A DNA stretch of 64,000 bases from Scenedesmus sp. PABB004. Lineage: Eukaryota. The stretch lies in NCBI GenBank assembly GCA_014905635.1, contig JABVCE010000012.1:1116001-1180000 (forward strand), given 5' to 3'. Shown here one piece after another: positions 43,971 through 55,810 of this stretch (position 1 is its first letter; each line of letters opens with the position of its first letter). The notes beneath the pieces are model-generated. The model worked only from the letters and a program-made list of their open reading frames with translations. It had not been told where the DNA came from and made no database searches. The position numbers were made by a program, and so were the translations under genes.

Positions 43971-45736
43971 TCACGCGCCACCGCCCGGCGCGTCGGCGGC
44001 CTCCGCCGCGCCGTCTGCGTCCGCCGCATCTGCCGCGCCCGCGGCGCCGGAGCCGCCCCGCGGCGCACCCGCCTCCTGGCCCTCCACCGCCCCCGCCGCC
44101 TCTGCCTCCGCCGCCGCCTCGGCCTCCTCTGCTTCCGCCGCCGCCTCCGCCGCCTCCGCCTCCTCCACGCTGCCCGGGGCGTGGCGCGTCTTATAGGCGA
44201 TGACCGCGTCCAGGTAGCTCCCAGTCTGCCGCGCGGCGCGGCGGCGCGGCGGCGCGGCAGCGCGGCGGCGCGGCGGCGCTGATGCGCCAGGGGCCGCGCA
44301 GGCGCGTGGGGGGCAGGGCATGGCCGCGCGGGGCCGCCGCCGCCGCCGCCGCACCTTCCTGCCCTGCACGCGGCGGAAGCCGGCCGCGCTGAGCAGCTGG
44401 GTGAGCTCGGCGAGACTGCGCTCGCGGCCGTGCGTCTGGGTGAGCATGTTGAGGCTCTGCAGCAGCGCCTCGGGCGGGCCCAGGCCGCCGGGGTCCAGCA
44501 GCATCTCGCACACGAGCAGCGCGCCGCCTGGGCGTCGGGCGGCGGGCGTGCGCGGGGCGTCGGGCGGCGGGCGTGCGCGCGGGTGGCGCGCCGCGCCGCG
44601 CGGCCGCGCGGCCGCCGCGCGCGGCGCACCCAGGGGCAGCGCGTCGTGCACGAGGCGCAGCAGCTTGAGGCAGCGCGCCTCCTCCCAGTCGTGCAGGACG
44701 CGGCTGAGCACATAGAGGTCGCCCACCGGCAGCGCGCCGGCCGCGCCCGGCTCGAAAAAGTCGCCGCCGACCCACGACAGGCGCCCGCCGAGCGCCGCCG
44801 CGGCGGGCGACGACCCAAAGTGCGCGCGCGCCATGTCCACGACGTGCGGCAGGTCAACCACGACCGCCGAGAGCTGCGGGTAGAGCGCCGCGGCCGCGCC
44901 GGCGAGCGCGCCGGTCGCGCCGCCGAGGTCGACGAGGCGGGTGAAGGGCGAGAGATCAAACGCGGTCAGCACGGGCGCCGCGGAGAGCGCGCTGAGGCCG
45001 TGCATCCCGCGCATGAAGCGCAGCACGTCGCCCTCGGCCGCGTACACCGAGGCAAAGATGTCGGCCGAGTCGCGGCCAAACGCGGGCGCCCAGCAGTTGC
45101 GCCCCGAGCTGACCGCGGCCTCGAGCTCGCCCCAGAGGCGGTACAGCAGCGCGTCTGCCGGGCGGGAAGTGGGCGGGCGCGGGCGTGGGCGGTGCGTAGG
45201 CAGGCGTGGCGCGGGCGCGGACGGCGCGCTGGGCGGCTGCTGCGCGGTCGCTGCTGCAAGCAGGCGGCTGCCGCCGCCGCCGCCGCGGGCGCACCCGAGT
45301 GCGCGACGTAGCCGGCGAGGGAGCAGGGCGCGTCCGAGGTGAGGTACGCGGCCGCGAGGGGCGTCGGCCGGTACCCGGCGCCGCGGTCGCCATCGAGCAG
45401 GCCCAGCGCGACGCCCGCGTCGCAGAGGCGGCCCAGGCCGTCGAGCGACGGCTCCGCGCCGCCGCGGCGCGCGCTGAGCGCGCGCGCGAGCGCGGGGAGG
45501 GTCAGGCCGGCCCGCCCCGGTGCCGCGGCGACGGCGTCAAACACGCCGAGGCTCACGAGCGTGAAGAGCACCTGGGATTGGGTGGGTGTGGGGCGTGAGC
45601 GGGCGTGCGGCGGCGGCGCCGGACGGCGGCGTTGCCGCCGGCCACGCGCGCGGCGCGCCTTGCTCTTGCGAAAGCCGTTGAGCAGCTCCATCACCGGCGC
45701 CGGCGAAGGCAGCGACGACGCGTCGGCGGGGTCCAT
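43971..45736 (-). CDS. SAM-dependent O-methyltransferase (ASMT/COMT-like), multi-exon
   Basis: ELLNGFRKSK-VLFTLVSLGVFD dimerisation region, LVDLGGATG, VVDLPHV, GGDFF, LSRVLHDW, GGALLVCE, GRERS. Confidence 0.9.
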
Positions 45737-46269
45737 CGCTAGCGCGCTGCCGCTGCCGCAGTGTGCGCTGGCCGCGTGAACAGCTGCAGCGGCGCTCGCC
45801 GCCGCCGCGGTCGCCGGCACGCTCAGCCGCGCTCAGCCGCGGTCGCTCCAGGAGCGCGACACCGAGTGACAACGTGGTGGCCTGTGGGACGGCAATTGAA
45901 GCGCTCAGCGAGGACGCGCGCGCGGGTCGAACGCCCGATGCTCGCCGGCCCGTCGCCAGGAAGCGCCCTCCGCGCCCCGCCAGCCGCGCGTCGAGTTTGC
46001 AGATCGACGGGATTGTGCGTTACATGAAAGCTGGGCCCCGCAAGCGAGAGCGCGGTGGTTGTGTGAGCCCCGCCGTGACAGCTGTCCGGAGGCGCGCTCC
46101 CGCGCCAGCCGATCGCCGACTCACCGCCCCAGGAGGCCCAGCCCCAGGCGGCTCCGCGCGCCGAGCAGCAGCAGCGCGCGCGACGTCGCGGCGGCGCCGC
46201 CGCACGCCCGGAGAGCCGGCCCCGCCCCTCTTGCGCCCCTCGCCCCCCACCGCGCCGGTCCGCCGTGCC

Positions 46270-49200
46270 ATGTGCGTGGGCCGCCGCGCCGCGCCGGGCG
46301 CCCGCTGGCCGCGCGCCGGCCCGCCGCTGCGCCGCACAGCGCGCGCTGCGTGCGCCGGCCCAGCACCGCCTGCCGCGTCGCGCGCAGGGCCGACGACGCG
46401 CCGCCCGAGCCGGACGTGGGGCTGCGCGTGGGCGTGAGCGACGCTGCGCCGCCCGCGGCAGAGCAGCGGCACGAGCAGCAGCAGCCGTTCGCGCCGCTGC
46501 CACCCGCGCCGCGCGCGGCGCCGCCCGGCGACGACGAGCCGGAGCGCGCCGCGGCCGCAGCGGCGACGGCGGCGGCGCTCGCCGCAGCGGCGGCGGCGGC
46601 GGTGGATGCTGCGCGCGGCGTGCCGGCGGGCGACGAGGGCGAAGCAGAGGCCACGCCGCCGCCGGCTGCGCAGGCCGCCGAGCCGCCGGGCGCGCCGAGC
46701 GTGGCACGCAGGCGCGCGCGCACGGGCGCCGAGCGCGAGCGCTCGCGCTCGCCGTCACCGCCGTCGGTGGGCGCGGCGCCTGCAGGCGCGGCGGCGCCCG
46801 ACGCGCCCTGCGAGCCCGGCCCGCCAGAGCAGCAGCCGACGCACGGCGACGCGACGGCGCCCGGCGAGGCGCCACGCGACGACGGGGGCGAGCTGACCGG
46901 CGAGGCGCTGGCAGGCGCTGAGCCCGGCGGGCCGCCCTCGCCGCTGGCCGCCGCCAGCCCCTGGCAGGAGCAGGGCTGTGCCGAGCAGGGCTTTGCCGAG
47001 CAGGGCTTTGCCGAGCAGGGCTTTGAGCAGCTCACCACGGTTGAAGAGATTTTTGACGACGCCGACGTGCTGGCGCCCGCCGCCGGCGTCACCGACGCGG
47101 GGCTTGCGCCCGGCGCGGAGCGGCGCGGCCCGGGTGGCGGCGGCGAGGCCACGCCGCCGGCGCCGGCGCCAGCGCTCGCTGCCGGCGAAGACGGAGCGGA
47201 CCGCACGCCGTCGCCGCCGCTGCAGCAGCCAGCGGAGCCGCGCGATGCGGAGATGGCCGAGGCCCCGCCGCTGCCAGCAGCTGGCAGCCCGCCGCCGCCT
47301 GCGCGCGACTCCGCCGGGAGCCCCGGCGCGCCTGCCGTCGTGGCGCCAGTCGGGGACGCGGCGGCGCTCGCGGCGGCGGTGGCGGCGGCCGCCGCCGTGC
47401 CGCTGCCCCTCTCGTCCACCCCTGCCGCGCCCAGCAGCCAGCCGATGCTGCTGGCGCGCGCGGGCTCGCCGGCCCCTGCGCTGGCGCCGCCAGACGCGGC
47501 CGAGGCGGCTGAGGTGGCGCCGGAGCGCGCGCCCACCGTCGCGCCTGGTGGGAGCGACGAGGCGCACGCCGCGCCGCGCAGCCCCGCGGCGCCCGCCGCC
47601 GAGGCGCCGCTGGGCGACGACGCCGTGGCGGGCGCGGCCGCGCAGCAGGCGCACGCCGCGCCGCGCAGCCCCGCGGCGCCGGCCGCTGAGGCGGCGGAGG
47701 CGGCGGCCGCAGAGGGGGCGGCCGAGGGCGGCGCCGCGGCCTCGCCCGAGCCGTCCAGTGAGGAGCTGGCGGCGATGGTCGCGACGGCGGCCGCTGCGGC
47801 CGCGGCGGCCGCGACCGCCACCGCCATCACCGCCTCTGCCATGGCCTCCGCGCCGCCCTCGCCGCCGGCAGGCGCGCGCAGCGGCCAGCCCTCGCCGCCA
47901 CTCTCGCCGCTGCCGGAGCAGCAGCAGCAGCAGCTTCTGCCCATGATGGTCGCTGCGTCTGTGGCGGCCACTGCGGCCGCGACTGCCATGGGCTCGGCAG
48001 CCGCCGCCGCCACCGCGCAGCCGGCCCCCGAGGCCACCGCCGAGGGGCTGGGCCTGGAGCCCGCCGAGGCGGCCGGGGGCCGGAGCCGCTGGCGCCGGAG
48101 CCGCTGGAGCTCGCTGCCCCGGCGGGCGAGCCTGGGGCGGAGGATGTGACGCTGCACCTGGAGCTTTTCGAGCTCGTCAGCAGCCAGGAGCAGGCGGCGG
48201 CGACACGCGAGGCGCGCGCCGCGCTGCGCGCCGCGCACCGCGGACCCTGGCGGCGCGCGGGCGGGCGACGCCCCCGCCGCACGTCACCACCGCCGGCACA
48301 GCACGGCGAGCAGGAGGGCGAGCAGGAGGGCGAGCAGGAGGGTGCGCCGCAGCATGGTGAGCCAGCGCTGGGGCTGGGTGAGTTTGATGATGAGCAGCAG
48401 GGGCCGGAGGCGGCGGGCGCGGGCGCCAACGGCGGCCCCGCGGCGGCCGCGGCGCCGCGCGCGCGGCTGCCCGCCGCGCTGGCCGCCGCGGCGGCCGCCG
48501 CGGCGGCCGCGCGGCAGGGCCGGGCCGGGGGCGCGCGGCCGGCGAGCCCGGCCGGCCAGGAGCAGCCGGGCGCGGGGGTGGCGCCGCTGCTGGCCAGCCC
48601 CATGGGGCCTGACTTTTCGCCGGAGCAGCTGCAGGCCGACTTTGCAGCGCTGCGCTCACGGTGCGAGCAGGGCCTGCTGCGGCAGTGGTGGCGGTGCGAG
48701 CAGGCCGCTGCCGCTGCGGCGGCGGGCAGCGAGGAGGAGGAGGAGCAGTGGGAGGGCGGCCGCGGCGGCGAGGAGCTCGACGAGCCGCTGGCTGGCGGCG
48801 CCCCGCCCCGGCGGCTGCCCAACCCCTGGCGCGGCGCCGCTGCGGCACTGCCAGGCGTGCAGGGCGAGCTGGGGGAGGAGGGCGAGGAGGAGGAGGAGGA
48901 GGCTGTGGAGCCGGAGGGCTTCGAGGAACTGGCGCTCGGCGGCGAGTCGCCGCCCGGCCCCCACGCTGCGCCGCTGCGCAACCCCTGGCCCGCGCGCGCG
49001 CCGCGGCGCCGCGGCGGCGGCAGCGCGGCGGCCACGCTCGTCGACACGCTGTGGTCGCTCCTCGGCGGCGCGCCGCCCGGCGCCGGCGCGCTCGAGCTCG
49101 GCGGCGCGCCCGGCTGGGCGGGGGCTGGCGGAGAGCAGCTGGCCTCGTACGAGGCGATGGACGTGGACATCAGCGTGGCCGAGGAGGAGGAGGAGGAGGA

Positions 49201-51562
49201 GGAGGAGGAGGAGGAGGAGGAGGACGAAGATGAGGAGGCGGTGCAGCGCCGGGTGCGCCGCCAGCGCGGCGCGGCGCGGGTGCAGGCGCGGCCGAGCCAC
49301 GACCGCTCTCACCCGCCCGCCCGCCCACGCGCCCGCCCGCCCGCCCGCGCGCGCGCCCGTGCTGCGCAGAGCGTCGACGTCATCACGCTGCAGCCCGTCG
49401 CGCCCCTGGCCGTGGCGACGGCGACGGCCACCGCCACCGCGACGTCCACCGGCCGCGGGCTGCTCGCCGCGCGCGACGCGGCGGCCACGGCGGCGGCGGC
49501 GGCCGCGTCGCGCGTGGCGGCGGGCGCGGCGGTGCGCGCCGCGCGCGCGGCCGTCACCGCGGCGGCCGCGCTGCCGCTGCCCGAGGCGGCCGAGGAGGAA
49601 GAGCCGGCCGCAGCGGCGCTGCTCGAGCCCTGGGGCGAGGAGCCCTGGCGCGAGGACGAGGCACTCAACGGCGGCGCGGAGGAGCAGGAGGAGCAGGAGG
49701 AGCAGGAGGAGGCCGCGCCGGGCGCGCTGAGGGCCGCGCCGCAGCCGCAGCAGGCGGCGTCGCCGCAAGCCAAGCAGGCGCAGCGCACCCCCAAGCAGGC
49801 GGCGCCGGCGGCCGCGCGCCTCGCGCCGGCCACGCGCCCGCAGGACGCCGCGCCGCGCGCCGGCCGCGGCAGCCCCACCACGCCGCTCACGCCCGGCGGC
49901 GGGCGGCGCGGCGCCGCGGCCTCGCCCCCTGCCAGCGCTGGCGGCGCGCGGCGCAGCAGTCGGCTCGCCGTGCTGTCGCCTGACACGTATGCCAAGCAGC
50001 AGCAGCGGCGCGCGGAGCGCGCGCGCCGCCAGCTCGGCGCGGAGCTGCGCGGGCCCAGCGCGAGCCCCGAGCGCGGCGGCAGCAGCGGCGCGGGCGGCGC
50101 CGGCGCCTCGCTGAGCGGCGGCGAGCAGCCCGGAGGCGTGGCGCGCGCGCGGGCGGCCGCAGGCGGCACGCACCGCGGCAAGCGGTCCGCAGCAGACGAC
50201 CTGGGCTCGCCGCGTGGCAAGCGCTCGAGGCCGGCTGAGGAGCGCGGCGGCGCTGCCTCGGGTGCGCTGGGCCGCGTGGCCGCCTGAGCGGCCGCCGCCT
50301 CAGCAGCGGCGGGCGCGCCTGGAGCCGGGCGGTGCGTGCAGCGCCCGCCGGCTCCGCTCCGAGCCGGCGCCGCGTGCGCCGGCCGCGCCGCCCTCACGCG
50401 GCCGCCGCCGCCCCGCCGCCGCCCCGCCGCCGCCGCGCGCCCCGCAGGGGGCGGCTCAGAGCAGCTGGCGCCGGAGCCAGGGGCGCTCGCGGCGCGGCAG
50501 GCGCTGCTGGGCGATGGGGGGACCGGCACCGAGGACAGCCACGAGGCGGAGGAGCACCGCCTTGCGCTGGACAGCGAGGACGACGAGGCGCAGCTGCCCG
50601 GCTGGTGCGGGGCGAGCGGCAGCCGCGGCCCCGAGCGAGCCGCACGGGCGGCGGCGCTGCCCAGCCCCGGCGCCGCGCAGGCGCCGCCGGCCGCGCTCGG
50701 CTCGCGGCTGCCCGCGTCGCCGGCGGCGGCGGAGGAGCCGGCGGGGTGGGTGGACGAGCCAGAGAGCTCTGGCGGCGGCGGCTACGCAGCCGGCAGCGAG
50801 GGCAGCTGGGGCTTTGCAGGCGCAGCGGCGGCAGCGCAGGCTGCGCCGAGCGGCGACGGCGGGCGCGCGGGCGGGCGCGGCGCGGCGCCCGCGCCCGGCA
50901 GCGAGGCGGAGGGGTGGGGCGGCGGCGCGGCGGGCGAGGCTGAGCAGGGGGTCGAGGTCGGCGCGGCCGCAGCAGGCGCGGCGAGCGCGGGCGAGGGGGA
51001 GGAGCAGGAGAGCGAGGAGCAGGAGGAGCAGGGCGGCGCAGAGCTGGCGACAGCGGCGCCAGCGCCGCGTGCCGCCGCGAGCCCGGCCAGCCGCGGCGGC
51101 GTTGCCGCCGGCCGCGTGGCCAAGCCGCGCGCGCGCGCCGCGCCGGCGGCGGCGCCGGGCGCCTTCGCCGGCAGCCGCGGCGCGGCGGCGGTGGCGGCGG
51201 CGGCGGGGGGCCGCAAGCGCATGAGCGGCAGCGCGCGCGCGGGCCTGGTGTTCCCCGTCGCGCGCGTGCGGCGGCAGCTCAAGGCGCTGCGCGTGAGCGC
51301 GCGGCTCGCCGCGGGCGCGCCAGTTTTCCTGGCCGCCGCCCTCGAGTACCTCGCGGCGGAGCTGCTCGACCTGGCGGGCCAGGCAGCGTCCGACGTCAAG
51401 GCGCGGCGCATCACGCCGCGGCACCTCAAGCTCGCCATCGCCGGCGACGACGAGCTGTCGCGCCTGCTCGGCGGCGCCACGCTGGCGGCGGGCGGCGTCG
51501 CGCCGCACATCGAGGCCGCGCTGCTGAAACCCGGCCGCGCCGCGCCGCGCGGCGGCGGTTGA
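46270..51562 (+). CDS. Predicted very long acidic/low-complexity protein ending in a histone H2A fold (fold ~51210-51562)
   Basis: [18 protein letters not shown]...[22 protein letters not shown]...[37 protein letters not shown] phase-1 intron at 50262-50447 joins it in frame to upstream ORFs. TGTAA at 51600-51604. The H2A fold is clear; the full-length fusion is inferred. Confidence 0.7.
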
Positions 51563-51853
51563 GGGCGCAAGGCCGCGGCAGGCGGCGCGCGCGCCGAGTT
51601 GTAACGAGTTGCGTTGCGGTGCACACAGCTCGTGCAGGCAGCAAGTCACGCCAGGCCAACCAGCATTCGCCGCCGCCGTGTGCCGCTGCTCGTCCGCTGC
51701 TGCCGCCGCGCGCCGCTGCTCGCGCGCCGCTGCCCGACGCATGGCCGGCTGATTGGGGGCCGGCAGCAGCTGTTGCCGCGCCTGCAGGCGCGCAGGGCGG
51801 GCGGCACGCCGCCGCTGGCACGCCGCTGCGCGCCGCCGCGGCGCACGGCCGCC

Positions 51854-53005
51854 ATGGTGCGCGCCGTCGACGAGGGCCCCCGCTACCCCGGATCGCTCGT
51901 GGCGAGCGTGGTGAAGGAGCGCATCCGCGCGGAGCTGGAGCAGCGCGGCCGCACCGGGGGATCGCCCGGCAAGCTGCAGGCGTGGCTGCTGCGTTGGGAA
52001 GGGCTGCTCATCGGGGGCGTCTGCGCGGGCGCGCTGGCTGCGCTGGCGGCAAAGGTGTGGCTCGTCGAGCGCGTCGACGACCTCTGCCGGTGAGGGAGTG
52101 CGCGCGCGGCGCGCGTGTGCGGCGCCGCCGCGGGCTGTGCGCTGAGCGGCGCGCCGCCGACGCCGGGCGCCGAGCGCCGCCGCCGCCGCGGCGCAGGCGC
52201 CACGAGCGCCGCAGCTTTTACGAGGGCTCCTGCATGCTCGCGGGCGACCACCTCGCCGCGATCCAGGTGGGCCGCGCCTGCTCAGATCGGCGGGCGCGCA
52301 CGTCGCGCAGGCGTCCATGCGTGCGCTGCGCGGCGCGCTCACGCGCTGCGCCCCCGCCCGCGCTGCCGGTGCCGCCAACAGCACTCGCTCGCGTTTGCAA
52401 GGTCGCTGTCCGAGGCGGCCCGGCGGCAGGCGGCGGCGCGGCGGCAGTGGCAGGAGGCGCAGGCGCGCCGCCTCGGCCTGGCGGCCCGGCAATGCGAGCG
52501 CTGGCAGGCGTGGCGCGCTGCGCTGTGCCAGCAGCCGGGGGAGGGCCAGCAGCAGCAGCGGGGCACGCCGCGCGGCTGGCGGCAGCACACGCCGGCGTGC
52601 TGGGTCGCGCAGCGCCAGGCTGAGGCGGCCCAGACCGCGCTGCGCCGGGAGCAGCGCGCGCTGGCGCTGCAGGACGCCGGCAGCAAGCTGTGGGCGGAGC
52701 TGGAGCGCGCCGGCGCGCGCCGCGCGGAGCAGCTGGTCCAGCAGCTCGCGGCGACGCGCGCGCTGCTGGCCGCGCACGGCCTGCAGCTCGCCTGCTGGCA
52801 GGAGCTGCCGACCCGCTCGGAGCCGCTGCTGCAGATCGGCTGGGAGCCGCCCGACGTGGCGTCCGCGCTCCGCGCTCGCTGCGCCGGCGGCGAGCCGCTC
52901 GCCCCGCCGCGGCGGCGCTGGCTGGTCTGGGCGCGCCTGGTGCTGCCGGCGTGGGTGCCGGCCGACCTGGACGCGCGCGACGCGGAGCTCCTCCGGACGG
53001 CGTGA
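51854..53005 (+). CDS. Hypothetical protein, multi-exon
   Basis: ATG 51854 (MVRAVDEGPRYPG), donor GTGAG at 52090, coding-like W/Q/L-rich ORF to TGA ending at 53005. No family recognised. Confidence 0.5.
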
Positions 53006-53867
53006 TGGCAGCCACCACGAGAAGCTGGGCGCCTCACCGAGGGGGGCGGGAGGGGGGGCGCGAAGCGTCGCTTGGCCGCGTCAAGCCCTGACGCGAAAGT
53101 GGTCGCTCCTGTCAGTCACGTCCCGGCGGCGCGGGGCCTGGCCTGGCGTGTGCGCGATGATCCATTGGTGCTTGGCAGTGCAAAGACCTGCCCCCGATTG
53201 CGTCTCCGCGCGATGCGCTGCGCGCCCCCTGCCCGCGCACTCGCGTAGCTCAGGGAGCGGTAGATCACCCCAGGCAGGCAGCAGGCGCACTCGGGCCGCC
53301 AGGAGCGCAGGGCGACCGCACGCGCCCGCCGCGCCGCGACGCCGCGCCGCACCCCCGCGCAACGCCCGGCGGCGCCACGCCGAGCAGGCTAGGTGAGGGG
53401 CGGCCGGGCGCGGGCGGCCGGGCGCTGGGCGGCCTCCCTGGGCCAGCGCGGGCCGGCCCTCCAGCGCCGCGCCTCGCCTGCGCGGCGCCGTGCTCGCGGG
53501 GCTGGCTCAGGCGAAGCCCCGCGACGCGCTGGGCGCGTCGGCTTGCGGAGCGCGCCAGGCGCCTCGATCGGGCACGTGGGTTTGCCGCCAACCATTGAGG
53601 GGCGACCAACCCGCCCGCCGGCGCAGGCCGGCCGGACCAGCCCGTCGTGCGCCCCGTGACGCCCGCAACGCCGGCGCGGTTCGCTTCGACCCGCCGGCCC
53701 GTCCGCGCCGGTGCGTGCTCCGCGTGCTCTGGCGCTGGCGGCCCCACCGCGTGACCGGCGCCGCGCGCGCGGCCCCACCGCGGCAAGCCCGCCGCCCACA
53801 CGCCTGCTCCGCCGCCCACCGCCGCCGCAGCCCCGGGGCGCGCCGCGGGGGAAGAGGGCGAGGCAGC

Positions 53868-55135
53868 ATGAGGCGCCGCTTCGCGCCGGCGCGCAGCGCC
53901 ACGGACGCCCTGAACCGCGAGCAGGCGGCGCTGCTGCTGCGGCACGGCGCGGCCATCGACGCGGCGACCGCGGCGCTCGCGCGTGTCCTGCCGGCGGCGC
54001 TGCTGGCGGCGGGCGGGCAGCGCGACGTCGCAGTCGGTCTGGTCCTCGCCGCGTGCACGCGCCGCGGCAAGGGCGGCCGCCAGGCGGGCGACGACGCCAC
54101 GCTCGACCCCACGCTGGAGCCGCACCACGCGGCGCGCATCATGTGAGGCGCCGCGGCGGCGCCGCGCCGCGCCCGCCGCGCGGCCGCCGCGTGCCGTTGG
54201 TTTGCCGACGCCCTGCCCCCTGCCTCGCCCCGCCCCGCCTCGCCTGCGCCTCCGGCTGCGCCCGCAGGGCCAACCGCGAGGCGGCGGCGCGCAGCAAGAT
54301 GCGGAAGAAGCTCCTGCCCCTGGTGGGTCAAGGCCCCAAACCCCGGCGGGGTTCGGGCGCTGCTCGCTGCTTGCGCCCCGACGCGCGGCGCCCGGCGCGG
54401 CGCGCGCGACCGCGCCGCGGCGGCGGCTGCGCCGCGCGACCGCCGGCCCACCCGCGCGCGCGCGCGCTCGCGCGCCGGCCCACCCGCGCACCCGCGCCCG
54501 CGCCCGCGCCGCGCAGGTCGCCGACCTGCTGAGGGGCCTGCGGGCGCGTGACAAGGCCGCGCAGGTGGGGCCTGCGCGCTGCGCTGCCCCCCCCCCCCAC
54601 ACACACACACCCACACCTCCGCCCGCGGGCAGCGCGGCCGCCGGCGTGACGCACCCTCCCGCCCGCCTGCGCTGCGCCCGCCCGCGCCCGCGCCGCGGCG
54701 CAGAGCCTGAGCGCTGACAGGATCATCGCCGACGTCGTCAACGAGCTCATGGCCCGCGGCATGCACCGCCTGACCTACCCGCACGGCCCTGCGGGCCCCG
54801 CCGGCGGCGGCGAGGACGCCGGCGGCGACGCGGGCGCCGGCGTCGCCGGCGCCGGCGACGCGCAGCGCGCGAGCCCGCGCGCCGGCGGCGCCGGGTGCGG
54901 CAGCCCCGAGCCCGCGCCGCACGGCGCGGCCGCGCCGGCGCGCGCGCGCGCGCGCGAGCCCGCGCGCAAGCCTGCACGGGGCGGCTCCGAGCCGGGCGCT
55001 GCCAGCGGCGTGGGCAGCCGCAACGTGGCGCGGCACCTGGCGGCGCAGGCGTTTGCCATGGAGGCGCCCGACGAGGCGCCGCCCAAGCGCCCGCGCGCTC
55101 CTCGGCGCCCGCGCGCCCCGCGGCCCAGCAAGGCC

Positions 55136-55171
<36 letters not shown>

Positions 55172-55810
55172 GCCGCGGCGGCGGCAGCCGCGGCTGCAGC
55201 GACGTTGGCGGCGGCGGCGATGGCGCCGGCGGCCCCCGACGCGCGCGCCGTCGAGAGCCTGGCGCCCGTGGCGGCCGCCAGCAACGGCGGCGGCGGCAGC
55301 GACGGCAGCAGCGCCACGCTGGCGCAGCACTCGTCCTGCCGCACGGCCTGGCGCCGCACCGTGCCGCCGAGCATCGCCAGCATTCTCGCGCAGCTGCCTG
55401 CCGTGCCGGGCGGTGGCGTGCTGCCGGCGCCAAGCCCCGTGCTGCCGCCGCCGGCGTTCAGCGGCGCGTTCGCCTGGCAGCAGGACGCGGCGGCCGGCCG
55501 CGGCTGCACGGGCTTCTGCGGCGCCTGCGCCTGCTGCGCCCTGCTCGCGCCGGCTGCGCCGGCAGCCACCCCGCTGCTCGGCGGCGGCGCGCTCGTGCCG
55601 CTGGTGACCCCCGACGCCGACAGCGCCAGCAGCGGCGGCCGGGACGGCCTGGGGCCGGACGACCCGCTGGCGCTGCCGCTCGCGCCGTGCGCGTGGCTGG
55701 CGCTGGACGGCGACGGCGACACCGTCATGATTGCTGGCCCGGATGAGGCCGAGCAGGCCGCGACGTCGCGCCTCGGCGCGTTGCTGCTCGCGCAGCTGGC
55801 GCGCGCGTGA
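53868..55810 (+). CDS. bZIP-type transcription factor, multi-exon
   Basis: Splicing gives LDPTLEPHHAARIM-ANREAAARSKMRKK, matching the bZIP basic-region N-x7-R pattern. Confidence 0.75.
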
